The position numbers and the translations under genes are program-made. A stretch of 50,561 nucleotides of DNA. It comes from an uncultured Oscillibacter sp. (lineage in GTDB: Bacteria > Bacillota > Clostridia > Oscillospirales > Oscillospiraceae). Where the stretch lies: the NCBI GenBank assembly GCA_946494635.1, contig CAMMCS010000001.1:1-50561 (forward strand), given 5' to 3'. The number at the start of each line of letters is the position of its first letter. Position 1 is the stretch's first letter. The notes beneath the pieces were generated by a model. The model had not been told where the DNA came from. It did not search any database and saw nothing but the letters and a program-made list of their open reading frames with translations. Below, piece by piece: positions 1 to 10,404 of the stretch.

Positions 1-61
1 CTTGCGCCCGCGCGCGGCTCGCCGGCACGCCCCCCCCCGCCCGAACCCCGGCCCCCCGCCA

Positions 62-107
62 TAAAAAAGGGCGCCCGGCCTGTCCACTGGACAGCCGGGG
101 CTCCTTT
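62..107 (-). terminator. Imperfect GC-rich hairpin with T-tail on the minus strand; putative intrinsic terminator
   Basis: aaaaaagggcgcccggcctgtcca-c-tggacagccggggctccttt; the A-run gives a U-tail on the minus strand. Confidence 0.4.
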
Positions 108-456
108 GATTGTGACCGGCGGAGAGAGTGCGCAGAGACGGCTGCCGCGCTTTTGGGACAGCGCAGGGAAGGGGCATCGCCCGCAAGCGCCCATCATTTT
201 ACAAAGAATTTACGGAGTGCAGCTTTTACATTCAATATACAGGCTTTATAGTAACGGAAGTGCCGGCAGCGAAGCTGACCGGACGAAGCGGAGCAGACGG
301 GCGGAAAGCGCCTGGCGTACAGCTGATGCAAGGGGCAGGGAAAAGGCCCTTCCGCAGCGCGGCGGCCCCGCGGCCGAGGTGTCTGCGCAGACCGTATAAT
401 CGTTTGCGGTGAAAAGACACAAATTGTTCCAGCCAACTTTGTAGAATTATGTGATA

Positions 457-531
457 TTTACTTTTGGAGGAATATAATGTAATATATGAACGTGAACATT
501 TTTTATTTTTAAATATGTTCACGTTCATATA
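457..531 (+). promoter_or_regulatory. AT-rich promoter with a 17-bp perfect inverted repeat (two LacI-type operator-like sites)
   Basis: tatatgaacgtgaacat (483-499) and atgttcacgttcatata (515-531), 15-nt spacer; each arm is an imperfect CG-centred palindrome; possible TTTACT(457-462)-17-TAATAT(480-485). Confidence 0.7.
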
Positions 532-946
532 GAACTTTTTTGATAGATACATAAAAAGCGGAGAGGAGGGGGCCAGACGGAAAGACTTTCAGGCCTGTGA
601 GAAAACACAGGCTGCGGATCGCACAGACTCTTGATTTTGGGACACACACAGAACAGACGACAGACAGACGTAAAGGAGCAGTGTTTTATGAAAGTCCCTT
701 TTCAAGATAAGTGTTGCTGGGGTAATCGTCGAATAAATATTCCCAAGAAAGTTTGAGTAACCCAGAAAACAGCTGGTCTAAGAAAATATCGCTCTGTTGA
801 ATTGTAAACGCTCTTTTCTGGGGTGAGACAAGCAGACCAAAGTATGCTATGATATAGTTATAGCTTGGAACATTTTTCTAATTTTTTCGTCTATATAGAC
901 AAGGAACAGTTAGACAAACTTGTATTTGACAAAGGAGTGTGTTTGT

Positions 947-1171
947 ATGAAAAAGAAAACTGTATCCATAGTGTTGTTTTTGATTGCCTTTATTGCAACT
1001 TATTTGATTATTTGCTTTGCAATCCCTGGCATGAGAATTAAGTTAGAAGCAGAACCGATAGAAATATTCTTTAAGAGTATCACCCATATGGTGTTTTTCA
1101 AAACGATGATATCTCTTGTCGTTGCAATTATATTTGGTGCAATTCCCTTGTTCTTTGGAAAGAAGAAGTAA
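947..1171 (+). CDS. Small two-TM membrane protein (cargo of the inserted element)
   Basis: RBS aaggag, ATG 947, MKKKTVSIVLFLIAF..., two hydrophobic helices, basic tail, terminator downstream. Confidence 0.75.
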   Translation: MKKKTVSIVLFLIAFIATYLIICFAIPGMRIKLEAEPIEIFFKSITHMVFFKTMISLVVAIIFGAIPLFFGKKK

Positions 1172-1212
1172 GCCAATTCCAATTAGTTGAACTGAATAGT
1201 ATATCCCATAGG

Positions 1213-1243
1213 AGGAGCAAGGTCGATACACCTTGCTCCTTTT
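1213..1243 (+). terminator. Intrinsic terminator after the cargo gene
   Basis: aggagcaaggt-cgatac-accttgctcct followed by ttt. Confidence 0.7.
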
Positions 1244-1479
1244 CATTGGGCATTCATAAAAAATGAATAAAAAGGTCAGTTATGCATACCAATACTTATC
1301 TCGGACAGAGAGTTTTCCATTCCTACAAGCAGAAAGGAGCGACCAGCCATGACGAAACTGAGGGAGAAAGAAACTGGCCTTCAAGGTTTAAGGTGGAGCC
1401 TCGTTATGTCCCCTAATGAATATTTCTACATCAGAATCAATGGGGCGAGCATTAGCAACACTTAACCTAAAAGGGAGTT

Positions 1480-2541
1480 ATGAAAAAGAAATTCTCAATG
1501 TTTCTGGCCATGATCCTCATTGCCAGCGCCCTGACCGGATGCGGCGGCAGCGGCTCCACAGCTGAAACGACGCCTCCTGCAGACAGCGGAGAAGGGACGG
1601 GAGATTCGGCCGCCGCGGCAGTTTCCGGAGATATCATGATCTATACCTCGGCGGAGGACGCCTTCATCTCCGAAGTGTGCGCCATGTTCAATGAGAAGTA
1701 CCCCGATGCCAATGCGGAGTATTACCGCTCCGGCACTGAGGAAGTCATCAGCAAAATCATGGCGGAGCAGATGACCAACAGCATGCAGGCGGACCTGATC
1801 ATGGTTTCTGACGCGCCGACCTTTGAGAGCCTGAAGGCCAACGATCTTCTCCAGCCCTATGACTCCCCGGAGCTGGAGAATATCTACACAGAGTTCGTAG
1901 ACCCCGAGCACTACTATTACGGCACCTTCCCTGCGGCTATGGGAATTGTGTACAACACCAACTTGGTGTCTGAGGCGCCTACCAGCTGGAAGGATCTGCT
2001 GAGCGAGGACGCCAGGGCCAACACCGTGATGCCGAACCCCCTGTACTCCGGAACGGCCGCCAATGCCCTGATGGAGCTGACCCGGGCGGACGGCCTGGGC
2101 TGGGACTATTACCAGGGCCTTTGCGACAATGAGGTCATGGTGGTCAACGGCAACGGCGGCGTTATCAATTCCGTGGCCGCCGGCGAGAACGCCTATGGCA
2201 TCGTCTGCGACTCCAATGCCCTGGCGGCGGCAGCCAGCGGCTCCCCCCTGGCCTTTGCTTACCCGGAGGAGGGCGTCCCCGCCACGGCGGACCCCATCGG
2301 CATCACCAGCACCACGGACAACCTCACCACGGCGCAGGCCTTCCTGGACTTCATGCTGTCTGAAGAGGTGCAGACCCTGGGCCGCGACCTGATCGGAAAG
2401 GCCCCTGTCCGCAAGGGGATGGAAAACCCGGAGGGCAGCCTGGCTGTGGAGGACCGCGTCAACCTGATCACGGATGCCAAGGTCCTCTATGAGACCCGGG
2501 AACAGGATAAGGAGCAGTTTGCCGAGATGTTCGGCTTCTGA
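1480..2541 (+). CDS. ABC transporter substrate-binding lipoprotein, AfuA/FbpA family (Fe3+/sugar-phosphate/phosphonate class)
   Basis: Lipobox ALTGC; IYTS, YNTNLV, PTSWKDLL, PNPLYSGT, YPEEG motifs. Confidence 0.9.
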   Translation: MKKKFSMFLAMILIASALTGCGGSGSTAETTPPADSGEGTGDSAAAAVSGDIMIYTSAEDAFISEVCAMFNEKYPDANAEYYRSGTEEVISKIMAEQMTNSMQADLIMVSDAPTFESLKANDLLQPYDSPELENIYTEFVDPEHYYYGTFPAAMGIVYNTNLVSEAPTSWKDLLSEDARANTVMPNPLYSGTAANALMELTRADGLGWDYYQGLCDNEVMVVNGNGGVINSVAAGENAYGIVCDSNALAAAASGSPLAFAYPEEGVPATADPIGITSTTDNLTTAQAFLDFMLSEEVQTLGRDLIGKAPVRKGMENPEGSLAVEDRVNLITDAKVLYETREQDKEQFAEMFGF

Positions 2542-2643
2542 GAGCCTCGGGAGAGGACGGCCCGTCTGCACACCCGTCAGACATGCGGCGGGCCGCCCTC
2601 TTCTTGCAGCAGACTCGGAAGAACATAGGAAAGTGGGGGAATT

Positions 2644-4368
2644 ATGGAAAAACGTGCGCTGCGCCCTGCCGGACGGAGGCTCTCGGCCAAAACACTGGCG
2701 TTGTATATTCTGGTGGTCTTCGGCCTGCTGGCGGTATTCGGCCTGTTCTTCCTGCCGCTGTGGAAGCTGGTTGAGGTGGCCTTTCAGGAAGAGGGCAGAC
2801 TGAGCTTTGGCATTTTACAGGAACAGCTGACAGACCCAAAGACCCTGAAGGTCATTTGGGATACGCTTTACATCAACATCCTCTCATCGTTTTTCGCCAC
2901 AGTGATCGGCGTTGTGATGGCGTATTTCGTCGCATACGCTGACATCCGCGGGAAAAAGCTGATTCATTACGCGCTGCTGCTGCCGCTGATTATCCCGGGG
3001 TACATCATCACCCTGGCCTGGATGCAGTTTTTTGCGAAAAGCGGCTTTGTGGCCTCTCTGGTGCAGAGCCTTGTGCCGAATGCGGTGATGCCGGACATCT
3101 ATTCCTACTGGGGCATCATTTTCGTCTTTTCTGTGACGAAATATCCGCTGATCTACACACTGACCCTCAGCACCTTCCGGAAGATCTCCACCGACATGGA
3201 GCTGGCGGCGGCGATTTCCGGCTGCAACAAGATCAAGACATTTTTCAAGGTTACGCTGCCCATGTCCCTCTCCGGCGTTGCCAATGGGCTGCTCCTTGTG
3301 TTCATCTCCTGCCTGGACAACTTCGGCACAGTGGCCTTTTTGGGCATCCCCGCCCGGATCACCGTGCTCTCCACGGACATCTATCAGTCCATCATCTCCT
3401 TCACAGGCAACGGCTTCGGCGAGGCGGCGGCAAAGTCTGTGATCCTTGGCGTGATCGGCGTGGTGTCCTCCCTGGTCCTGTGGCGGGTGGCGAAGATGTT
3501 CCAGACCATGCAGACAGACCTGGAGGACCTGTCTCCCAGGTTCTTTCTCGGCCGCAGGAAGATCCTGGTGGAGGGCCTGATGTGGCTGGCAATTTTCATA
3601 ATCAACTTTGTGCCGCTGCTGACCCTGATCGTCACCGGATTCATGAAGGGAATCGGCGGCGGATACGGTCTGGACAACATGACACTTGACAATTTTATCT
3701 TCGTGTTCAGCAACGATAAAAGCTTCAACGCCATCAAGAACAGCATCTTCCTGGGAATTTCCACCGCTGTGATCTGCGTGATTCTGGGAACCATCGTGGC
3801 GTATCTGATGGTCCGGCGTCCGTCCATCCTGATCCGGGTGGTGGAGAGCGTCATCTCCGTGCCCTACTCGATCCCGGGGATTATCCTGGGCCTGGCCCTG
3901 ATTCTGACCTGGGCCAGCCCGCTGCCCATCATCAACCGGACCATCTACGCCACAGTGTTTATGCTGCTGGTCTCGTATGTGGTGCGCTTTACATCCCTGC
4001 AGATCCGAAACAGCACCACCGGCGTGCTGCAGACAGACATCTCCATGGAGGAGGCCGCTGAGATCTGCGGCGCCACCACCTTCAGAAAGTGGACATCGGT
4101 GATCATTCCGCTGATCTTCCCGGCAACGGCCTCCGGCATGGGGCTGGTTTTCCTGAACGCCCTGACAGAGCTGACCACGTCCTCACTGCTGTGGTCCGCC
4201 GGATCAGAGACGCTGGGCGTTGTGATTTACAATTATACGTCCGCCGGATATACCACGTCCGCCTGCGCATTGTCCACCGTTGTCTGCGTTATCATCCTGG
4301 TTCTGGTGCTGCTGTACCAGGGCGTTTCCGCGGTGCTGCGCCGCAAATTGGGGAGGAATGAATCATGA
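2644..4368 (+). CDS. ABC permease, fused two-domain FbpB/AfuB type
   Basis: About 12 TM segments; two EAA loops ([18 protein letters not shown]). Confidence 0.92.
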   Translation: MEKRALRPAGRRLSAKTLALYILVVFGLLAVFGLFFLPLWKLVEVAFQEEGRLSFGILQEQLTDPKTLKVIWDTLYINILSSFFATVIGVVMAYFVAYADIRGKKLIHYALLLPLIIPGYIITLAWMQFFAKSGFVASLVQSLVPNAVMPDIYSYWGIIFVFSVTKYPLIYTLTLSTFRKISTDMELAAAISGCNKIKTFFKVTLPMSLSGVANGLLLVFISCLDNFGTVAFLGIPARITVLSTDIYQSIISFTGNGFGEAAAKSVILGVIGVVSSLVLWRVAKMFQTMQTDLEDLSPRFFLGRRKILVEGLMWLAIFIINFVPLLTLIVTGFMKGIGGGYGLDNMTLDNFIFVFSNDKSFNAIKNSIFLGISTAVICVILGTIVAYLMVRRPSILIRVVESVISVPYSIPGIILGLALILTWASPLPIINRTIYATVFMLLVSYVVRFTSLQIRNSTTGVLQTDISMEEAAEICGATTFRKWTSVIIPLIFPATASGMGLVFLNALTELTTSSLLWSAGSETLGVVIYNYTSAGYTTSACALSTVVCVIILVLVLLYQGVSAVLRRKLGRNES

Positions 4369-5399
4369 GTACGGAAATTCAAAATATCGTGATGGATTTC
4401 AACGGCTTCAAGGCCTTGAACAACATCAGTCTGAAAATCCAGGACGGGGAGTTCATCGCCATCCTGGGACCCTCCGGCTGCGGAAAGACAACGCTGCTCC
4501 GCCTGCTGGCGGGATTTAACCACCCCACCTCCGGCGAAATCAAAATCGGGGATCAGGTGGTGGCAAACCGGGACTATGTGCTGCCGCCCAACGAGCGGTT
4601 CATCAGTATGGTGTTTCAGTCCTATGCCCTCTGGCCCCACATGAGCGTGCGGAAGAATGTGGCATTCCCCATCAAAAACAGCAGGTTTGTCTCTCCGGAG
4701 ATCCGGTCCAACTGCGACCGGCGCGTCCAGGAGCTGATAGACATGGTGGGTCTGACCGGCATGGAAAAGCGTCTGCCGGCACAGCTGTCCGGCGGGCAGC
4801 GGCAGCGGGTCGCCCTGGCCCGGGCGCTGGCTGTGAACCCGGACCTGCTGCTGATGGATGAGCCGCTTTCCAACCTGGACACGGAGCTGCGGGTGGAGAT
4901 GCGCCAGGAGATCAAGGCACTGCATCAGAAGACCAGGGTGACTGTGGTTTATGTAACGCACGACCAGTCGGAGGCCCTGGCCCTGGCGGACCGGATCGTG
5001 GTGATGAACCACGGACAGATCGAGCAGGTGGGGACGCCCCAGGAGATTTATGGGCATCCGGAGACTGCCTTTGTAGCCAAATTTGTGGGCCGGTCCAACC
5101 TGATTTCCGGTACCTGGGAGGGGGACGCGTTTCTTCCCGCAGGATCGTCCGCCCGCTGGGACGGCAGCCAGATCGCCCCGGTGTTCCGGGAGAACGGGCA
5201 ATATCCCGTCAAGCCGGAGCATCTGAAGGTCACCCACGGCGGCACGGACGGTGTGCGGGCCGAGATCTACGAGATCGAGTACCAGGGCGTGGAAGTCCGC
5301 ATGATGCTGCGCAGCTGCGCCGGCCAGGAGACCCTGGAGGTCCGCTATCGCGGCACAGAGAGCTATCAGGTAGGAGACGAGGTGGTCCTGACCTTATGA
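4365..5399 (+). CDS. ABC ATPase, PotA/FbpC family with C-terminal TOBE domain
   Basis: [27 protein letters not shown]. Confidence 0.95.
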   Translation: MSTEIQNIVMDFNGFKALNNISLKIQDGEFIAILGPSGCGKTTLLRLLAGFNHPTSGEIKIGDQVVANRDYVLPPNERFISMVFQSYALWPHMSVRKNVAFPIKNSRFVSPEIRSNCDRRVQELIDMVGLTGMEKRLPAQLSGGQRQRVALARALAVNPDLLLMDEPLSNLDTELRVEMRQEIKALHQKTRVTVVYVTHDQSEALALADRIVVMNHGQIEQVGTPQEIYGHPETAFVAKFVGRSNLISGTWEGDAFLPAGSSARWDGSQIAPVFRENGQYPVKPEHLKVTHGGTDGVRAEIYEIEYQGVEVRMMLRSCAGQETLEVRYRGTESYQVGDEVVLTL

Positions 5400-6265
5400 G
5401 TGAGCTGCACATCCTGGATGTGGGCCGTGCAGACTGCTGCGTACTGCTGCTGGATACCCCTGAGGGCGTGCGGACGGTGGTGGTGGATGGCGGCAGCAAA
5501 TATCACGGGGGCCGCCGTCCGCTGCTGGAGTTCCTGTCTCAGCGAGGGATTACGGTCATTGATCTGCTCATTCTGACCCATCTGCATCAGGACCACTTCG
5601 GCGGGTTTGTCCACCTGGTGGATCAGGTAAAAATCCGCCGGGCCATTGCCCCCTGCGGGGACCTGCGGTTTGCGGACTGCGTCTATCCCGTGTTCGGCAA
5701 CTCGGAATACTATCGGGAGTACCATGCCTTTTTCCAGTATCTGGGCCGTAGCGGGACGGAGCTGCTCACATCCGCCGGCTGCGCCGGCAAAGCGTTTTCC
5801 TTTGGGGCATACACGCTGGAATGTCTCTACCCGCTCGCCGGCAGCGACCTGCGTTCCGTGACCTATGCGCAGGCCCTGTGCAGCCCGGCTCTCACGCAGG
5901 AAAGCATGGCATGGCTGCTGGAGGCCCACAAGCAGACCTGCAATGAGGACAGCAGCATCTGGCTGCTGCGGGAGGGGGAGCGGGACCTGGCGCTGCTCTC
6001 CGGAGACAGTACGGATGAGACGATGCGGGCGGCGCTGTGCGGGCGGCAGGTCCATCCCCGGCTGCAAAAATTGTCACATCATGGAATTTGCCGGCGCTAT
6101 TTTTCCGAATATGTAGAAAATTTGACTCAGCCAGAAATTTTGGTGGTCAGCGTCGATCGAATGCATTATACTGAAGAAATGGAACGGCAGATTGACGCGC
6201 TGTGTGCCGCGGGAGGCTCCCGGGCGTATTACACCTTTCAGGGAGATCTGGACATTTCACTCTGA
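5396..6265 (+). CDS. MBL-fold metallo-hydrolase, ComEC/Rec2-like subgroup
   Basis: [34 protein letters not shown]; no signal peptide; start overlaps the ATPase stop. Confidence 0.85.
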   Translation: MSELHILDVGRADCCVLLLDTPEGVRTVVVDGGSKYHGGRRPLLEFLSQRGITVIDLLILTHLHQDHFGGFVHLVDQVKIRRAIAPCGDLRFADCVYPVFGNSEYYREYHAFFQYLGRSGTELLTSAGCAGKAFSFGAYTLECLYPLAGSDLRSVTYAQALCSPALTQESMAWLLEAHKQTCNEDSSIWLLREGERDLALLSGDSTDETMRAALCGRQVHPRLQKLSHHGICRRYFSEYVENLTQPEILVVSVDRMHYTEEMERQIDALCAAGGSRAYYTFQGDLDISL

Positions 6266-6286
6266 GCGGCACGGAAGGGAAGGGCT

Positions 6287-7315
6287 ATGGAGCGGCTGAC
6301 CATCAAGGACATTGCGAGAATGGCGGGAGTGTCACATACCACCGTATCCCGGGCCCTGAACGGGGCGCGGAATATCCGGCCGGAGACCTACGAGCGAATC
6401 ATGGAGATCTGCCGCAGCACCGGCTATACGCTGAACGCGGCGGCCAGGCAGCTCAAGCGCAGCGATTCCGGCGCTATCGGGATCATTGTGCCGGATATCT
6501 CAAATGCGTTTTTCTGCGAGCTGACCCGGCACCTGGAGTGGCTGACCCGCCAGGAAGGGCGCAATGTCTTCATTTCCAGCTCCTTTTATGACTATGACAT
6601 CGAGGACCAGAACATCCGGGCGCTGATGGAGAACCGGGTTTCGGGAATCATTCTCTCCGGTGTGGGGGATCAGACCTATCTGCGCCTCCGGGATTATTTT
6701 GGGAAGGTTCCCATCGTCTTTCTGGGGGACAATCTTCCGGAGGGAATGGTCTCTCAGATTACCGTCAACAATTATGAGGGAACCTATATGGCTGCCCGGT
6801 ATCTGATTTCCCTGGGGCATCGGGATCTGATGTTCCTGGGGGGCAGGAAGTCCTCCGTGACGCACTGCCGCCGCCAGCAGGGATTTCTGGACGCAGTATC
6901 CGGGGCGGAGGGCGTGCATGGCGAGATATTCACCATGCTTTCCGGCAGCCGGATCGAGGATGGGTACCACACGGGACTCGCCTATTTTACCCGCTGCCTG
7001 GAGGAGAAGCGCCCCTTTGCAACGGGGATTCTGTGCATCAGCGACCACTTTGCCCTCGGCGTCATGCAGGCGGCGGTGGAAGCCGGCGTGGAGATTCCCG
7101 AGCAGGTCTCCCTGATCGGCTTTGACGATGTCTCGTTTGCCTCCCTGCCGCGGATCCAACTCACCACGGTCTCCCAGCCGAAAGAGGAGATCTGCACCGC
7201 CGCCGTGCAGACGCTTGAGGAGCTGATCCGGGCGGACAGGCCGGCTGCAGTCAGCTACAAGGCGATACAGCCTGTTTTGATCTGCCGGGAAACCTGCGGC
7301 CCGCCGAGTCGCTGA
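6287..7315 (+). CDS. LacI family transcriptional regulator
   Basis: TIKDIARMAGVSHTTVSRALN HTH; IGFDD and LTTV in the ligand-binding domain. Confidence 0.95.
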   Translation: MERLTIKDIARMAGVSHTTVSRALNGARNIRPETYERIMEICRSTGYTLNAAARQLKRSDSGAIGIIVPDISNAFFCELTRHLEWLTRQEGRNVFISSSFYDYDIEDQNIRALMENRVSGIILSGVGDQTYLRLRDYFGKVPIVFLGDNLPEGMVSQITVNNYEGTYMAARYLISLGHRDLMFLGGRKSSVTHCRRQQGFLDAVSGAEGVHGEIFTMLSGSRIEDGYHTGLAYFTRCLEEKRPFATGILCISDHFALGVMQAAVEAGVEIPEQVSLIGFDDVSFASLPRIQLTTVSQPKEEICTAAVQTLEELIRADRPAAVSYKAIQPVLICRETCGPPSR

Positions 7316-7391
7316 AGGGGGCCGTGAGCGCCGTCCGCTCCTGCGCGGCGGCTCGGGCGGGATGCCCTGCTGCCAGACAATATCACGCGAA

Positions 7392-7427
7392 AAAGGCACT
7401 GCCGGTTTTCCGGCAGTGCCTTTCTTC
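7392..7427. terminator. Intrinsic terminator after lacI (possibly bidirectional)
   Basis: aaaggcactgccgg-tttt-ccggcagtgccttt, perfect 14-bp stem. Confidence 0.8.
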
Positions 7428-7499
7428 GTGGGCTGAGCAAGGGCCTTCCGCCGGAGCGGAGTTTTCAGAATATTCATACATTTTTCAAAAAATACTTAC

Positions 7500-7552
7500 A
7501 GACGAAGCCGTCTATATATACTATACTTCTGTTATAGACGAAATCGTCTATA
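7500..7552 (+). promoter_or_regulatory. Two palindromic TetR-type operators
   Basis: AGACG-aagc-CGTCT (7500-7513) and TATAGACG-aaat-CGTCTATA (7533-7552) in the AT-rich promoter of the tetR gene. Confidence 0.75.
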
Positions 7553-7680
7553 TTTGAGAGCGAACCGCGCGGGATGGCGGGAGACCGCAAGCAGCACTCC
7601 CGTGTGCGGCGGCCGCCGCGGGAGCTGCGGAAGAGAGCACCGGCAGATCCGCTTCGCTCTTGCGGGGGAGGAGAAGGAAC

Positions 7681-8355
7681 ATGCGGCAAAAGGAGCGGCA
7701 GGAGCGCAGCAGGGAGGAAATCTACCAGGCGGCGCTGGAGGAGTTTGGAACCTATGGGTACGACAGGGTGAACATGGAGCGGATCTGTGGGAAGCATGGG
7801 ATTTCCAAGGGGATGATGTATCACTACTACGCCAACAAGGATGCGCTGTTTCTGCTCTGCGTGGAGCGGACCTTTTCGGCGCTGGAATCTTATGTGGCAG
7901 CCCATGCGGCAGACCTGGCGGGGAAGGATGTGCTGGAGGACATCAAAAATTATTTTTTGATCAGGGAGCACTTTTTTGAGGAGAACCTCCTGCAGAAACT
8001 GATTTTTGAAAATGCCATGCTCCGCCCGCCGAAGCATCTGGCGGAGCAGATCCAGGTCCTGCGGGCGCCGATCCGGAACATGAACCGGATGTTTCTCCGG
8101 CAGCTGGTGCGTAAGATGCCGCTGCGCCCCGGCCTGGATCCGGAAAAAGTGACTCGGTATCTGGAGAGCGTGGGGTACTTTTTCGAGAGCACAATGGCCT
8201 GCTATTACCAGAGCGGAACAGCCGGGGAGGATTTCCATGCCCTGCTGGAACGCGCGGGAGAGATGCTGGACCTGGTTCTCTTCGGTGTGATCCGCCAGAC
8301 GCAGGAACCTGCGGATACCCGGACGCCGCCGGAAGGCGGCGGGGAGACCAGATGA
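7681..8355 (+). CDS. TetR/AcrR family transcriptional regulator
   Basis: IYQAALEEFGTYGY...GISKGMMYHYYANKDALF HTH; RBS ggaggagaagga, ATG 7681. Confidence 0.93.
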   Translation: MRQKERQERSREEIYQAALEEFGTYGYDRVNMERICGKHGISKGMMYHYYANKDALFLLCVERTFSALESYVAAHAADLAGKDVLEDIKNYFLIREHFFEENLLQKLIFENAMLRPPKHLAEQIQVLRAPIRNMNRMFLRQLVRKMPLRPGLDPEKVTRYLESVGYFFESTMACYYQSGTAGEDFHALLERAGEMLDLVLFGVIRQTQEPADTRTPPEGGGETR

Positions 8356-8630
8356 TCCGGGAAAGAGCCGGGAGGCCCGCGCTGCGGCCCCCGGCAGATT
8401 CATTTTGGAAAAAGAGAGAAAAACTGGCCGGCCTTTGCTGCCGGGGGCGTCAGGCCTGGTCCGACTGCCGGAAAGGGGCGTTTGTGCATCCGGGCCTGCG
8501 GCTGCGCCGCCCCTTGGAGCCGGATCCGGCCCTTGCTGCTTACGGAAGCTGCCTGGTTGCCGCTGACAGGGGTTCCCCTTGCCTGCGGTGAAAGGCGAAC
8601 ATTTTGAATGAAGGGATCAGGAGGAACCAT

Positions 8631-10391
8631 ATGCTGAAACTGCTTCACAATCTGCGGCGGCGGGAGTGGACCATGGCCGCTGTCTGCGCCGTGCTCATCC
8701 TGGGGCAGATCTACTTCGATCTGTCTCTGCCTGACTACATGAGCGACCTGACTGTTCTGATCAAGACGCCGGACAGCACCATGGCGGACATTTTCCACAC
8801 CGGGCTGGAGATGCTGGGCTGCACCCTGGCCAGTGCGCTGCTGTGCGTCATCTGCGGGTATCTCACCGCCAAGGTGGCCGCCGGATTCAGCTATTCCATC
8901 CGGGAGGCGGTGTTCCGCAAGATCGCCGGCTTCGGCCAGCAGGAGATGATGGCTTTCTCCATACCCAGCCTCATCAACCGCACCACCAACGACATCACCC
9001 AGGTGCAGATGCTGACAGCCATGGGCCTGCAAATCCTGTTCAAATCTCCCGTTATGGCGGTGTGGGCCATTGTCAAGATCGTGGGCAAGAGCTGGACCCT
9101 CTCCGCCATCACGGCGGGCTTTGTTGCGGCCCTGCTGGTGATGATGGTGGTCATCATCGGCGTGGTGGTGCCCCGGTTCCGCCGGGTGCAGAAGCTCACC
9201 GACCGCATCAACCTGGTGGCCCGGGAGAACCTGAACGGAATCAACGTGGTTCACGCCTACAACGCCGAGGGATATCAGAACGCCAAGTTCCGCAAGGGCA
9301 ATGAGGAGCTGATGCATACCCAGCTGTTCAACCAGCGGGCCTTCGCCTTCCTGATGCCCGGCGTCACCCTGGCCATGAATGCCCTGTCCCTGGTGATCTA
9401 CTGGGTGGGCGCCTCCATTGTGAACGGCGTTCCCGCAGCGGACGCCGCCGCAAGGCTCGCCACCTTCAGCGACATCGTGGTGTTCGGAACCTACGCCACC
9501 TATGTGATCATGTCCATCATGATGATGGTCATGATCATCATGCTGATCCCGGCGGCCCAGGTGTCCGCTCAGCGGATCAACGAGGTGCTGGAGACCCGGA
9601 ACAGCCTGACCCAGGGCACCCGCTCTGACGCTCCGGAGACCGGCACCGTGGAGTTCCGGGACGTCTCCTTCCACTATCCTTCCTCCGATAAGAACGTGCT
9701 GGAGCACATCAGCTTCACCGCCAGGCGGGGAGAGACGGTGGCCTTCATCGGCGCCACCGGCAGCGGCAAGACCACCCTGGTCAGTCTGGCGGCCCGGTTC
9801 TATGACGCCACGGAGGGCCAGGTGCTGGTGGACGGAGTGGATGTGCGGGACTACACCTTTGACGCCCTGTATGACCGTGTCGGCTATATGACCCAGAAGG
9901 CCGTCCTGTTCTCCGGAGACGTCCGAAGCAACGTGCTGTTCGGCGCCAGCCGGGGCGGGGACTCTGATGAGGACGTCCAAAGGGCCCTGGATCTGGCCCA
10001 GGCCAGCGAGTTTGTGGAGAAGCTGCCCGGCGGCATCCGCGCTCCTATCGCCGAGGGAGGCACCAATGTCTCCGGCGGGCAGAAGCAGCGGCTCTCCATC
10101 GCCAGAGCACTGGCGCGGAGGCCGGAGATCCTGGTGTTCGACGACTCCTTCTCCGCCCTGGACTACCGGACAGACGCCAGACTCCGCGCCGGCCTTGACC
10201 GGGAGCTGAAGGACACCACCCGGCTGATCGTGGCACAGCGGATCGGCACCATCCGGGATGCGGACAAGATCATCGTCCTGGATGAGGGGAAGATGGTGGG
10301 GATGGGCACCCACGAGGAACTGATGAAGACCTGCCCCGTCTATCAGGAGATCGCCCGGTCTCAGCTCTCCCGGGAAGAGCTGGGGGCATAA
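8631..10391 (+). CDS. Multidrug-type ABC exporter subunit (TMD+NBD), degenerate-site half of a heterodimer
   Basis: GATGSGKT, VSGGQKQR, LVFDDS (Asp for catalytic Glu), VAQR (Gln for switch His). Confidence 0.93.
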   Translation: MLKLLHNLRRREWTMAAVCAVLILGQIYFDLSLPDYMSDLTVLIKTPDSTMADIFHTGLEMLGCTLASALLCVICGYLTAKVAAGFSYSIREAVFRKIAGFGQQEMMAFSIPSLINRTTNDITQVQMLTAMGLQILFKSPVMAVWAIVKIVGKSWTLSAITAGFVAALLVMMVVIIGVVVPRFRRVQKLTDRINLVARENLNGINVVHAYNAEGYQNAKFRKGNEELMHTQLFNQRAFAFLMPGVTLAMNALSLVIYWVGASIVNGVPAADAAARLATFSDIVVFGTYATYVIMSIMMMVMIIMLIPAAQVSAQRINEVLETRNSLTQGTRSDAPETGTVEFRDVSFHYPSSDKNVLEHISFTARRGETVAFIGATGSGKTTLVSLAARFYDATEGQVLVDGVDVRDYTFDALYDRVGYMTQKAVLFSGDVRSNVLFGASRGGDSDEDVQRALDLAQASEFVEKLPGGIRAPIAEGGTNVSGGQKQRLSIARALARRPEILVFDDSFSALDYRTDARLRAGLDRELKDTTRLIVAQRIGTIRDADKIIVLDEGKMVGMGTHEELMKTCPVYQEIARSQLSREELGA

Positions 10392-10404
10392 GGAGGAATA
10401 CAAG

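Larger units (their letters stand above)
686..1485. mobile_element. ~790-bp non-autonomous integrated element (miniature TnpX/Tn4451-like derivative or MITE) inserted at the start codon of the ABC solute-binding gene
   Basis: 8-bp direct repeat ttatgaaa at 686-693 and 1478-1485; imperfect terminal inverted repeats tcccttttcaagataagtgttgct (695-718) and agcaacacttaacctaaaaggga (1454-1476); AT-rich interior; orphan RBS aaaggag before the left ATG. Confidence 0.75.

Noticed and set aside
1-60. C-rich low-complexity tract (G-quadruplex-like on the minus strand)
   Set aside because: At the window edge and possibly low-quality sequence; no context to support a function
8631-10391. Degenerate Walker B and switch motifs as a sign of a dead ABC transporter
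   Set aside because: This is the normal asymmetry of heterodimeric exporters; the partner subunit has the consensus residues
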